Below are positions 50,517-64,000 of a stretch of DNA of 64,000 nt, one piece after another (the first letter of the stretch is position 1; each line of letters begins with the position of its first letter). The DNA is from Podarcis vaucheri (taxonomy: Eukaryota). The notes under the pieces are model-generated. The model searched no databases and was not told the DNA's origin. It saw nothing but the letters and a program-made list of their open reading frames with translations. Both the position numbers and the translations under genes were made by a program. The stretch is taken from NCBI GenBank assembly GCA_965113315.1, contig OZ220373.1, one strand, 5' to 3'.

Positions 50517-53500
50517 CTGCAAAACATAAACAGAATTGTTTACAATTACAAAGTAATTCTATGCTCTTTCATAGAACGCAACACACATTACTGCTACATT
50601 CCTCTTAATTCTCCTCCCTCGCCTAATTGCCAAGAACCATACTGCATATAGTTGCCAATCATATCTAAATTCATTGTTCAATTGTTAACTGGCGAAGTCA
50701 GATATGGGTCTGATTCACAGATACATGTGCAATCAATTTCCCCCATGTGATTGTAATGTAATTACAGAGTTTGTGGCAGCTGGAAAAATTGCAACTAAGA
50801 TCACAGAAGTGACTGCCTGCAATCTTTGGATATCACCTGGTTCTCATTAACATTTCTGTATGTGGCTGCATGCCGAGATAGTGTTTAAAGAAAAGTGTGG
50901 CTTGCAGAATGATAATTATAGAACGGCAATGTTTCTGCTTGGATGCATCAACCAGACCTACACCTGAGATTCTATAATACCAGAAAGCAATAGAAAAATG
51001 CCTGGTGGAGCACATGTGTGTGACCCAGATTATCTTTGAGTCTCTTTGGGCAGCACTGCCCCACCTTAGCTCGTGCTTTTCCCAAGCTTTTAGAATGAAA
51101 TGATGGAATGTTATAAGGAGTAAAAGCCATAATCAGAATCCACAAACACCATGGTGCTCGCTACTGTGGAATTCTGAATATGATACAGCATAGACTATAG
51201 TATAGATTTATACTGTAAGCTCTTTTTCACTTTATTGAAGCTGAGTTTTGCTTATGTTAGCTGTATAATGTATCATGCACAGTTATCATGTGCTCTAGGA
51301 CTCATAACTTTCAAGGCAATTCAGTAATCCTTACTGTTAATTTTAAGCATTTGTTGATGGAAATTATCTATTAAACCATGTTAGAATTGCATATGTAGTT
51401 AAGCTAGCACCCTGATTCCATCACACTCTTCAAGCTATGGGTAGAAAAAGCTACTTTCCTATTGGGAACTTGATTTTGAATGTATTTTATTTAATAAGTC
51501 TATCTTTTTACTCCTGAGAAAAAGATTACCGCCCAACGTTGTAGTACCCACATTAACTTCCCATGGCTGATAGACAGTACACTTAATGTTTCAGAACTTT
51601 ATTTTTGTGATGAACAAAGAGTAGCATTAACATGTGCCCTGCCATTTTAAACAAAAATGCATACACACAAGAAATTTAGACCCCTGCCCGCCAAATCAAA
51701 ACAGCCTCGGTGGTGCTATTACGGACGTCCATGTGCAGCCATTCCAGACAGCTGATATTTGGCTGTCTGCGATGCTCACACTTCAAAGGCCCCAATCACA
51801 TGGATTTGGCTAGCAGCTCCAGGTACTGAGACAGGCCCATCATTTTCACAGACTAAATAACAGCAATTTGGGAAATCATTACAGAGTTGATAAAACAGCT
51901 AATCCCCTACATCTTGACAAAAAAGATGTGCTTACTCATGTGACCACACCATTAAAACGTTATCCATTTTTATATGTTTAAATTAGAATTGCTACTGTTG
52001 CTGAACCTGACATTATCAATTTCAGGAGCCTCTGGCAGTGCTATAAGATTCCTTTCAGGTAACATGTTAGAAATGCAATTGCATTAACAACTTCTTGGAA
52101 AGATAATGGGTGGGATATATACTTTTATTTATCACGAACTGCAAAACTCTACCTGAAAAGGCTGATGAAATACTGTCATTTCTGTGCTACCAAAGGCCAC
52201 CGCAGCCTCTCTGCTGCTCTAAATACATGTCTTTATTATGTTCAGGTGTACTTTTACATCAACGTGAGTATTGTAGCAAGGGATCTCATTGTGAGCCAAG
52301 TAGCAAAGTGACCTGTGACTCACAAAAACAGGGTAGAAGCATGCGGAAGGCAGAGAACTGCTGATCCAGTTCTCAACTAGCTTGACTCTCCAAAAGAAGT
52401 AAATTTTTAGACTGTTTAGGTATTGTAAACGAGGGAAATATCCACTTACTTTAAAGAATATTGGAACTGTGCAGTCCTGAAGCCTAGTTTTTCTCTAGAC
52501 TACACAGAATGGTCCCCTGTGGCAGTGATGGAGTGCTACATTTTGAAGTGAAGGAGCTCATCATGGCAGCCCCATCTGGACTCAGGCCACCCCAAGGGGA
52601 ATTCACAGCTTCACCTCACCTCCAGTATACAATTGTGCAATGAAGTATTGTCAGATTGCTAGCATGAAGTAGAAAAGGAAAAAGCTATATGGCATCTGCT
52701 TGATTATTTCTCTCATTCTTTGACTTTTGCTATGTTCCTCTGCCACAAACAATTGTAAACCCTGAAAGCCTCACTTATACCTCACTTAGTTGCCAAGAGC
52801 AAGAAAAGTCCCTCCATCTTTTTGGTGCTCCTGCATATGTCAGTGTTCCTGCTATGAAAAAGAAGTCCCCAATCTGTTCTCCATACCACCGGATATCAAG
52901 TATGGCACAAGGAGACTGGATACCCATATCTCCCTGCCTGAAATACTGGTGCTTTGCAGACCACAAACCTGCCACAGGGATATGGAGATGTTTGATTTGG
53001 GGAAAAAGCAGATCAGCTTCTTGCTCCCTCCCCCCATAAACTATGTCCTTGCCCCAACAAACCATTAATTAGTATATGTGCTAGCATTGCTTCTCAGTAG
53101 AGTCCTGGAAGGTTACAGGATCTTTAGGAAACTTTGAAGATGTGCTGGGAGGTGTAACTCCAGTGGTTTTGACTATCTAGATAGTCTTTAATCCAAGAAG
53201 GGACCCTAGTCTTGCTTGGGTTATTCCTACACAAGGGATTCACTGAATCCCCATGGGATAACAGCTGTAATACTATGAATACCATTACTGCTAATTTATT
53301 TATTTGTATAACTTTTCTTCAGCAAAAGGGTTGCCAGAGTGGCACACAATATTAAAATTACACATAAAGCAGCTAAACACAAAACTGTCATCCTGGATAG
53401 ATAATAAAAACTCAACCAATCAGCAGTTAACATCAGCTAAAGTTATGTTGAAAAGTCTATGACCTCTAAACAAACAGGTCTTTGCCTGATGTAGAGAAGA

Positions 53501-56500
53501 CTGCAGGTACCTGGGGCTGTGTGATGTCAACGGTGTGTGTGTGCACACCACAGGGCATGTGGGGCATGTGTGCCATGTCACCACACCCCTGGCGTGCTGA
53601 CATCCCTCGTGCATGTAGCAGAGTATGGTGACATAGCGTGTGCACATAGAGGGGCCTGGTGATGCTGTGTGCATATGCCCCATGGCGTGCATGCCCAGCT
53701 GTGCTGCGCTTGTGGGTGCCTGGCCCCCACATTTAAAATGTGTGAACCACAGCAAGCAGGGCCCCTGGGACCTAGTGCCTAGGGTTGTAAGCTATAGCAG
53801 ACAGAGATCAATAGTTCTGAGGCCTACAAAGAAAGGACAGAAAAGGGATGTTCCCTTGTTTTTGCAAGAGTGAGCTTTTATTAATGATTCAAAAAGTTGT
53901 ATGAGGTGAAGTAGCAGGTTGAAAAGGAGCCTTGCAGGACACACTCCAGTCTATTAAGCTTTCTGTTTCTATTAAAGCACACTATAAATAAGCAGTTAGA
54001 AAATAAAAATGTAGTTTTCTGAGCTGAAAAAATGAATACTTAGAATTCATTTGGCTGATGGGAATTTAAAAACACTGTTTGCTAAATAGTCATAGTGAAT
54101 ACTAGCAGCCCATTCTCCAACATGCATAGCTGGAGCAAATATAAAGACACACACGCACACACACGCATTTATCTCCCATTCCTGTGGGGAGCAATGGGCG
54201 CATTTCTAGCCCTTTCCATCTGTTTTCTGGCTTGAAATCGGTAGGAGCAACGGCTCTGAGGCACAGCGTTGCCATGCAAGCAAGTTAATCAGCCCACTGA
54301 AAAGGCACGTTGACCCACTTTCAGGTGCCAGCTCTCATTGACTCTTTGTTGAGTTTGAGACTCCTTCAGGTTTTTGCTGTTTTACTCCTCTGATTTCAAA
54401 AGAAAGGCATTCTTTCCTTTTCCCTACTTGCTTCTTATTCATTTTTTCACAGAAAAAGGCAGTTCTCCTGCATCCTGTGTTACAGTGAAATCCTAAACGT
54501 GTTTTCCCAGAAGTGTCCCACGGTGTTCTATAGAATCCCTAGGAAGGTGTAACCAAGAGTAATCATGTCTACTCAAAGTTAGTCCTACTGAATTCAATGG
54601 TGTTTACTCCAAGGCTGGCGGGGCTAGGATTGCAGCTTAAATCAGTTTTAGAAGCTTGCTTCCTTAATTTCTCAAATAAGCCTTAGTAAGAACATGTCAT
54701 GGAAGAAATATGTTTCAGCCATCAAGAGAATGATGGTACATTTCTACAAGAAACTCAGTCTGATCAGAGTAATTCATTCTATGAAAAACAGGCATTTAAT
54801 TGTTATTCTTGGCTGTAGTTGAGGACAATAGTGAAATATTACACGAAATATTGCCATGTGCAATAGTAAAGTACTGATCCATTCTTGCCAACAGCAGTGT
54901 GCAATTCTCCCCCCTCTCACATCAAATTCAAAGTTGGATATTGTTATTTAATCTAAATCATTTGCTTTTCCTTGATCCAAAACTAACAAGAGGTTTAGAG
55001 AGAGCTACAGTTTTATTGGAACCATTGCTCAGCTTTCATTGCCAAACTAATTTACTTAAAACTATTCTTTTTATTTGGGTTAAAGTTGATTCCTCAATTC
55101 CACAGTGATGGGGGCCATTTAGTTTTTCCCCTTTTCCAAATCCAACATGAGGTTATAGAACAATTTTGTTAGGTCACATTCTGTTCTTGGTATCCCTTCA
55201 TCTATGGCATTAATCAGGCAGTGGTGTGTGTGTGTGTGTGTGTGAACCCCACCCTAAAATATGGTTGACATATACCAGATGGCTCCAAAAGCAGCTTAAA
55301 ATAAAAGACACAGAATTACTGCAAGTGCATATGAATATTGCAATGTTTCACATATAAGGGGGCAATGACAATAAAGATATTCTTATTCTTCTTATTCTTC
55401 TTATTCTTCTTATACATATTGAAAAATACTGTAAAATACAATAGATTTCATAAATTACTGCCACTATGGCAGAAAACATGACAAAAATAGTATTCTAGAT
55501 ATTAGCGTGTATGAGCACATACAGAAAACAAAATGTGATGCAAAGAATTTGGTTGATTCCTGACAACCTATTTATTCATCCTGATATGTTTGCACAAAGT
55601 TTGCTTGGTTAGACAACATCGGCTGTTTTTTGAACATTCGTTCTGATTTGTTTGCAGGGTTATATGATGCTGTGCTAAGCAATTGTTACTTCACTCTTTA
55701 CAGTGCATTTTCCAGTCAATTCCCCTATTGCAAAAGGTCTGATTGGGTCCTTTTTTGGGGGGGGGGTTGTTGTTCCAAGAACTCTAAATCAACTTTGTGC
55801 AATCTGAATCTGCCAGCATGTGAATGAATCCCACATGAAAATAGTGCCTCAATATCCCACATAATATGGCACAGTGTACTTTCCTCCGGCCCTGCCATTT
55901 TATCTATTTTTGTGCTTATGATACCGAGCCAAGATAGGGCACAGATGAAAAAAATATGCCCAGAGAAAAGTAGCTGGCAAGTCTTGCCTGATGACATACA
56001 TCTGGGGTGGGGAACCTCAGCCCTGGGGAGCAAATGTGGCCCTCGTGGCCTCTCTACCCAGCTCCCAGGACATTCCCTCGGCCATGTCTCTTCCCTAGGC
56101 CATTCCCCCAATTGGCCATGCTTTGCACCTTCCTGGCCTGTTTTTTGCAGGCTGGAATGTGTCCTGAAATGCCTGCTGCTTGCCTGGATAGAGGACGTTT
56201 GCATGGCTGGACTGTAGTCCACCAGGCAAAGGTAAGAGTCCCGTCTATTGCTCCACCCACTTTTTTGCCTGACTTCACCCACCACTTGCATGCAGCCCAT
56301 TTTAGTTTTATTGTTTTCAGGAACCAAAGGTGAAAGGGTCATATTTCCTTTTTAAATTACTGCATATGCCTTTTTGTTATTCAGAAATTAAATATCCATA
56401 CAAATTGCATAAAGGAAATATCATATAAGCTTAGTAATATTGTATTGGCAAATATTTTCCCCAGGACTACCATTAAAAAAACCAAAACAACTTTTCTGCA

Positions 56501-57199
56501 AATGTGGTAAATGATGACATTTATTATTTTGGCACAATGGTGGCATACAGCTAATAGTTTACATCTTGAAGTTTGTTGGTGCACTAGAACTTGGAACTAT
56601 GTGCTGGTTAGCTTCCTTTGTACTAGAGATGGAGAACGTGTGGCTCTCCAGCAGTTGCTGGACTCCAACTCCCATCATCCCTGTCCATTGCCCGTGGTGG
56701 CCAGGGCTGAGGGCAGCTGGAGTCCATCATCTGGGCAGCCACAGGTTCCCTATCCCTGTTTTATACCATGATCCTAAATTTATAATATAGAAATATGTCT
56801 AACTGATTTCAAGGAACTTACTTCTAGGTAAGGGTTGTTTTGATCACTACTTTCAAAAAATCATAATGTTGTAAATACTATGCTAAACATCAGGCTTAAA
56901 AATCACATTTAGGCTTCCCAGCCTAAGAGTTAGCTGAAGAGCATTTTTGCCTCCAAAATCAACCTATATTAACTGTTCCAATCAGGTTTCCTCTAACTTG
57001 CATATGGCATAGCTACATGATACAAGTGGCTGGTAAAGCCACATGGAGGCAGACTTCCCCAACGTTTAACCTCATGGTCTTGTTTATCTTATTAATCAGA
57101 ATAGAATAGCTCTAACTGGCAGGCAAAGCGTATGAGATTTTTCTCTTTTGGAAGGTGGAAAAAAGGGTTTGCAATGATGAATAGGAAGGGAATACTCAC

Positions 57200-57303
57200 C
57201 CTTGTAACCAGCCCCATTGGTTTTCCAGTCATTAGCAATCAGATGCCCTGCCCGTGAAGTCCTTACAATGATATGCTGTATATCTCTCCATGTCAGTAGT
57301 CGA
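57200..57303 (-). CDS. PCSK5: PCSK5 exon (~exon 10), end of subtilisin-like catalytic domain
   Basis: Translates (N)RLLTWRDIQHIIVRTSRAGHLIANDWKTNGAGYK(V). Bounded by ccctag/ and /gtgagt, 104 nt. Matches the PC5 LTWRD..QH motif. Confidence 0.96.
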
Positions 57304-57527
57304 CTAGGGAAAGACAGTGAACAGTCATTTTACAACAAAAAAATAAGAAAAGCCCAAGGAGGAGAGGGAGGGGGGAGAGTGTCTCAAAGCAGAGAACAGA
57401 AACCTTTCTCAAAGTATTCAAGCCAATATACAGCGTTAAAAGACTGCAATAAATTTCAATCTTCATAATTTTCAGGGCAGAAAAGTTTTTACAAGCATGA
57501 AGTGGTTCATAGTTACAGGAAGAACAT

Positions 57528-57536
57528 CTGTCTATC

Positions 57537-57580
<44 letters not shown>

Positions 57581-57586
57581 CATCTA
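57528..57586. repeat. (ATCT)n microsatellite
   Basis: Direct reading, more than 10 units. Confidence 0.95.
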
Positions 57587-59356
57587 CCAGTGGTTCCTAA
57601 ACTACTTTCCCCATCAACCACTTGCTGATGTCTTGGAGGACAACTTAATGATCTCCCCTGACCAGAGAGCGATGCCAGTGTCACACTGCTGATGTGGAGT
57701 CTGCAGAAAATCCCATAATGGGGCATTCTGGGGACAGAGAGCAGTAGGGGCCATGCCGGCCTCAGTGCCACCACATTACAGTGTTCCAGACTGGTACGAG
57801 ATTTCCCTGCACCCTGACCTTTGCTCCCATCTAAAGTGAATAGCATGGCTCCAGAGGCTTGTGGCTTCATTAAACCCTGCTGGTTTAATCTCTAGAAAAA
57901 CTAACAGAAGAAAATAATTGTTTCTTTTATTTATTTAAACAATTTATAGAATGCTTAACTCTGTAGTGTCTAAATGGTAAGACTACTTATCTGTCCAAGA
58001 GCACTGAAATAATAGGTAACTTATGGTTGCTTTCAGGTCTATTTGTGGTTTCTGTTAGCAATGGAATTGTGAGCAACTACTGCTAGTCTTGCTGCCCTTT
58101 TCCTTTGCTGAGTCTGCTAATACATTTGAATTAGCAGCAATCAGTATAGTTCATGTCCAGGTTATCCTTGACTTTCATGTTATTACATCAATGTGTCGAT
58201 CACCCACAAAAACCCCCACAAGGATTGAAAAAATAAATCCAGTGTCTAGAAGCATCTGAGCAGTAAAAAGAATTGAAATAGTAATATGGATGAGATTAAG
58301 TTGTCAGGCAAAATAACCATCCAATTCCCACAGATAATTCAAAAGGTTTTTTTGTCCAGCTCAATTTTTAACGGAACCCATATTCTTCCTACAACAGAAT
58401 TAACCTATAGCACTGGGACAAATGCAGCTGTTGGACACTTTAAAATAAAACACATAAAGATTTTCTACTATACTTCACATGCAATTCCTCAAATATTTTT
58501 TAATAATAATGGTAATATTATATGCATTCCAATCCTACAACTAAACAATAAAATGTACCATAGAAGATTCAAATAATGCTTGATTTCACAAATATGGAAA
58601 TTAAACAAAATAAAAGTAGGAAATGAAAGCTCAAGTACTCATCATTGCCTGCCAAATTTCTATCTATAACTGCTTGCCTCTTTGTTGGTGTATAAATGCT
58701 CTCATGTTCCCACTAATACAAATAAAAGTGGCTTGGAAACATTCCCCAAATCATCAAACTTTCAAAAAGGTGAACTGTGAATATTCTGGGAAGACACAAA
58801 AGAAGTATAACTTTATGCGCCTGCTATTCAAACTACAGTGCTGAATTTGTAATTTTCCTAATCCATTTTAATATATTCCAGACAACATGGTCTGACAAAG
58901 AGTTTAGCTTTTTGAAACATTGCATGTGTAGATATGTTATACAAAAGCAAGCATTGCCATTCGTTATTTTCTGCTGTAGATTAAATCTGTGAGATTTTCA
59001 AAATTCAACTTGGTCAGGAGAAATAAGTGCTTTGTGTTACTGCTGAGGAGAGTGTGCCACTTCGCTTTTAGCTATATGCATACAATCAAGATGATAAACT
59101 TCAGATTCAGGGAACTAGAAATGAAAGTATGAGGAATCAATGCACATGCAAAAATTAATGCAAACATTAAAGCCTTTGTGTAAAACTAGGATTCCCCTAG
59201 GCAACAAAAGGACATTGATTCCACCAGTTCTTCTGCACTCATTGATGGGGGCTCCCACTCTCTGCCAGGTTCAGACTGGAAACAGAATGAGGCCATGAAT
59301 ACGCATACTAAGTTTACGATGTTAATAATTTCCAGGGGAAATGTTGCAATAAAATA

Positions 59357-59581
59357 CAGTGGTACCTCGGGTTAAGTACTTAATTCGTTCCGGAGGTCTG
59401 TTCTTAACCTGAAACTGTTCTTAACTTGAAGCACCACTTTAGCTAATGGGCCTCCTGCTGCCGCTGCGCCGCCGGTGTGCGATTTCTGTTCTCATTCTGA
59501 AGCAAAGTTCTTAACCCAAGGTACTATTTCTGGGTTAGCGGAGTCTGTAACCTGAAGCGTCTGTAACTCGAGGTACCACTG
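59357..59581. mobile_element. Tc1/mariner-type MITE (same family as 29882-30099)
   Basis: TA|CAGTGGTACCTCGGGTTA ... TAACTCGAGGTACCACTG|TA. Confidence 0.92.
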
Positions 59582-61444
59582 TACATAGGAGATATCACTT
59601 ATTGCTTTAAATATATATTTTGTTGCTACAAACTAGCAACACAAATGCCAAAAATTAAAGCATAAGCCTCACTTTGTCCAACAATGTTTATGTGTTCAAA
59701 TGCAAGATTTTAATAAAATATTTTCTCTTTCCTATGTGGTATTAAACCCGATCCAAACAATAATTTGTTATATATTGAAGTTCTCACCCTGGCCACCAGG
59801 AGTATCGTGTATATAGTTTTCACTCAGGTCCACGTCAGTTACTTTAGGCGGGAAACCCTGGGTTGTTGTTGTTGCTACAATGTTGACAGCCGGCTGCCTA
59901 TAAAAGCAGGCCAGCTGAGCTGTTTGCTGTTCAGTTCTGTCCAGCTTACAAAATAAAGAGCTGCTTTGGAGAAATCACTGCGTCGTCTGCTATGTCTACC
60001 CACTATTTAACATAATTTCCTTAGTGAATGCTCTTATTAAATATACCTGCAATGTGCCCAACACAAGGGGAGAAAAAACACTTATGGGAATGAGCTGGTT
60101 TGTGATCAAAGGTTTCCCCTCCCCTTTCCCTTTGACCAAAAAAATCAAGAAATGAAAAGCAAATCAACACTCTTGACTGCATAACATAACTTATTTGTAT
60201 ATGTGGCAATAAACCTGAACAAACGTAATATGTGCAAATTCACAAACATTTTAAAATACAGTGTTCCAATTACCATAGCTGCAAAAGGGCATGGATTAAA
60301 AAACTCTGAGCAAGACCACCCTGAAACAAATCTCACTAATGCAACATAGATTGAATTTGGCAGTACAAAGCACAGAACAGAGACATATAACTTTTCCTTT
60401 TGGTGAAAGTACAAGAGAGAGTCCTATTTTTCAATAATTTCCACTGTGATGGCCATTCTGTTTTGGTCCTTATTTAAGAACAGCCAGGCTCCTCCAGCTT
60501 CTCCAGGGTCCCCCTTGTCACTGTGTGTACCTGAGTTGTCGTTAAGTCTTCTTGTCACTAGAGGACACTGTGGTGCCTACTAATCTCCTGCATGCTCAAC
60601 AGTCATGTTTTAAATTACTGTAACTAATATTAATTAACAAATATATTTTGATTAATTTCTCCAATGTTAACTACTTACTTACTGTTTAAATTACTAGATA
60701 TGCAACTTAAATTTTCTTAATTTAAATAACTATATTTCACCTGACATTTGAAGTAGGCATGGGCAGCATATGAACTGAGGGCCTAGCTGTGCTGTGACCG
60801 ATTTTCTCAAAAAATAAAATTGGGTTCTGGCAGGTTTGCAAATTCAAGCATTTACTGTACTTTTTGCTGCTGTTCTTTTGAGAGTCTCCTGGATCAATCC
60901 TTCTCACCAGCTAGAGCTACTATGGAGATTCATGCATTTGTAACTTCAAGAGCTGATTATCGCTCCATGTGGGGCCACCCTTGCGCCTGGTCGGGAAGCT
61001 CCAGCTTGTGCAAAATGCTGCAGCTAAACAGCTGGCGGGGACAGACAACCACCAGAATGTAACACCAGTGCTAAAAAAAATTCTACTGGCTATCCCTATG
61101 TTGTCAGGCCAGGTTCAAGGTTCTTGTATTTATTTAGTTTGTAATATATGGGGCTGTTTCAAATGCAGAACTAAATTAGAGTTTCTAGCATCATAGGAAT
61201 GAGCCTCGGGTTCATGTACTCCCCCTGTCTCATTTAGCACAGTCACAAGGCGGAGAATGGAGAAAGAGGCTTCTACTTTCAAATTTGGGATTACTCCCAA
61301 GTTACACCCAAACTGGAAAACTGTGGTCAGTTGAAACTATTGTTTGTTAACAACCAGGATCATTATCCTGCATTCTGATGTAAAGGAGGACTCTAATTAT
61401 TTGAAACACCTCTTGCACTGGAGCACTGGGTGTAGGGAATAAGA

Positions 61445-63030
61445 ATCATAGACTTGGAAGCAATCCCAAGGGTCATCTAGTCCAACCCCCCGTAATGCAG
61501 ATATCTCAACTAGATCATAAATGAGAGATGGCCACCCAACCTCTGCTTAACCTCCAAGGAAGGAGAGTCCACCACCTCCTGAGGGAGACCATTCCACTGT
61601 CGACAGCTCTGACTGTCAGAAAGATTTTCTGAATGTTTAGTCGGAATCTCTTTTCTTGTCACTTGAAGCCATTGGTTCAAGACCTACCATCCAGAGCAGG
61701 AGAAAACAGATTTGCTGCCTCTTCCATGTGATAGCCCTTGAGATATTGGAAGATGGCTTTCATATCTCCTCCTGTTTAAAGTAGGCAGGTGTTTGCTTAC
61801 CTCCTCTCTTCCTATCTTGGGCTGCAGGTTCCTCTTTACATCATTTATCCTGTTATCACCAGGTTGGTCATCACTTTCCTTTTGGGTGAAGACCAGAGGC
61901 AAAGTAGGTGCTGAGTAGTTCCACCTTCTCTTTGTCACCAAATAGCCATCGTCTCCACACAATGGACCTACCACTTAAAGATGACTTTCATATCTTCTCT
62001 CAGTCTCCTCTTTTCCAGGCTAAACATACCCACCTCCCTCAACCATTCCTCATAAGGCTTGGTTTCCAGACCCTTGATCATCTTGGTTGTCCTCCTCTGC
62101 ACATGTTCCAGCTTGTCAAAATGCTTCTTAAATTGTGGTGCCCAAAATTGGACACAGTATTCCAGGTGTGGTCTGACCAAGGCAGAATAGAGTAGTACTA
62201 CAGAGGTACCTTGGTGTAGAACCATAATCTGTTCTGGAGGTTTGGTTGTAAACCAAAACAGGTTGTAACCCAAGGCACACTTTCACAAGTGGGGCCTCCC
62301 CCCCAAAAAGGGGGTTGTAATCCAAAAATAAAAATGCATTGTAATCCAAAAAAAGGGACACACACTTCCAGGTTTGACGTGGTTGTAATCCAAAATGGTT
62401 GCAAACGAAGGCACCACTGTATTGCTTCCCTTTGATCTGGACTTCTGTTGATGCAGCCTAGAATAGCATTAGCCTTTTTTTTGCTGCTGCATCACACTGT
62501 TGTCTCATGTTAAGCTTAGGGCCTACCAAGACCCCTAGATCATTTTCACATGTACTGGCTAGCAAGCCAGGTGTCCCCCATCCTATATTTGTGCATCTGG
62601 TTCTTCCTGTCTAAGTGCAGAACCTCACATTTGTCCCTACTGAATTCATTTTGTTAGCTTGTGCCCAGTTCTCCAATCTGTTACGGACATATTGAATTCT
62701 GATTCTGCCTTCTATGGCATTAGCTACCTCTCCGAGTTTGGTGTCACCTGCAAATTTGTGAGCATCCCCTCAATTCCTTCATGCAAGTCACTTATAAAGA
62801 TGTTGAACAACAGGCCCAGGACAGAGCCCTGTGGCTCCCTACTTGTCACTTTCCCCCCCAAGTTGACAGGGAACTCCTTGGGTTCGGTCGGTCAACCAGC
62901 TACAAATCCACCTAACAGCTGCCTCGTTCAACCCACATTTTACCAGTTTCTCCACAAGAATATCATGGGGGACTTTGATAAAAGCTTTACTGAAATCAAT
63001 ATACACTACATCCACAGCATTTCTCTGATC
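61445..63030 (-). mobile_element. CR1 LINE 3' region (RT), rearranged and decayed
   Basis: [56 protein letters not shown]1 3'UTR GGGTTGGACTAGATGACCC. Confidence 0.92.
62201..62419. mobile_element. Tc1/mariner-type MITE nested in CR1
   Basis: TA|CAGAGGTACCTT ... AAGGCACCACTG|TA. CR1 sequence resumes on both sides. Confidence 0.88.
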
Positions 63031-64000
63031 CAGAAAAAAGGAATTAATGAACTTCAGTTTGATTAAATTTGCAGGCTGAATATATGGACTCTCAGAACGT
63101 AACTCTCCACAGAAGTCATTGCTCAGCATATATGGAGCATGGGGCAAATCCAAAGTACCGAGGCTACTCCTTGCCTGGGTTACATTTTCACGGAGCATGG
63201 TAGCTGCCTTAGAAGAAAAGGGATCTGTTAATTTCAAACACAGATGTACAGTGTTGTTTGCCAATGCTGTTTCCCTTCTATGTGTGAGTCTCAGGACTAC
63301 TGGCCCTTTAACACCACCACGACTCACATGATTTTCAGAGTTGCTTCACATGTTGCTTTTTCTGACTCAGAATTATGTGGTATGTGCAGGGATAGCCCCC
63401 CTTTAAAGGTATGTAGAATAAAGTAGATGCAGGGTTTTTGTTCAGTTCTGGCACCTTTTTTCTAGAAAAATAGCACTTTTTCTAGAAAGATACAAAATAT
63501 ATCAAAGTTGCATCCTTTCCTAGGCGAATCACTGACTCAAAGAAAAAAACTCATTAATCTTAATTGATTCAGCACTCAATTAACCTCCCTAGAGATAGTT
63601 GTTAACCTCTTGTTAAGCCTCTTGAAAGCTGAAAAAAAAATGTATTAGCAAGACTAATAACCAATACCGATAGATTACTGGCCACATTTCAAAAACCAAA
63701 CTATCTTTTTACCAGAAAAGAATCCCCAAATGTCTCATCAGCATTTGCTTACTGCTTTTGGATTGTGTACTCCAGAATGTTTAGAATTAATAAAAATGAG
63801 CAAGGGGTGTTGGGGGGGGGGGTGAAATAGGGACCCATCAGCCAAAAAACAAATGGCAAATCTTCCTCATGCGATGCTCACAAGGAGTTGCCCTCACTCT
63901 TCAGGATGTCCCCGAAGGATTTATAAAGATAGTAAATTTGAAAAACTAGAAGTGGAAAATATATATAATTAGCTCACTTCTGTTCCAAACAATGTCTGGA

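Noticed and set aside
55725-56342. 205-aa minus-strand ORF
   Set aside because: Non-ATG start, no recognisable motif, overlaps a degraded hAT-like repeat and does not fit PCSK5 exon order.
57304-64000. Search for the upstream catalytic Ser exon (HTGTSAS)
   Set aside because: Not found; it is presumed to lie beyond the right edge of the window.

Overview
Vertebrate genomic DNA, most likely a squamate and probably a lacertid lizard (inferred from BovB, a Squam3-like SINE, CR1/L2 and Tc1/pogo and hAT MITEs). The whole window lies inside PCSK5 (proprotein convertase PC5/6) on the minus strand. I traced 16 coding exons with GT-AG junctions and consistent phase. They are 11 shared exons (end of catalytic domain, P domain with RRGD, Cys-rich furin-like repeats), the PC5A terminal exon with a probable ~3.3 kb 3'UTR, and 4 PC5B-specific Cys-rich exons. 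The gene continues beyond both window edges. Exon numbers follow my recollection of human PCSK5. The introns are rich in transposons, including a decayed full-length L1-clade ORF2, two BovB pieces, CR1/L2 pieces and many MITEs. I found no evidence for a new biological system. The most notable observations are a 21-nt in-frame duplication-type insertion in the P-domain exon, a ~180-bp inverted duplication next to a 3'-truncated LINE, a hAT MITE inserted in frame into that LINE's endonuclease, and a composite MITE carrying CR1 tails.
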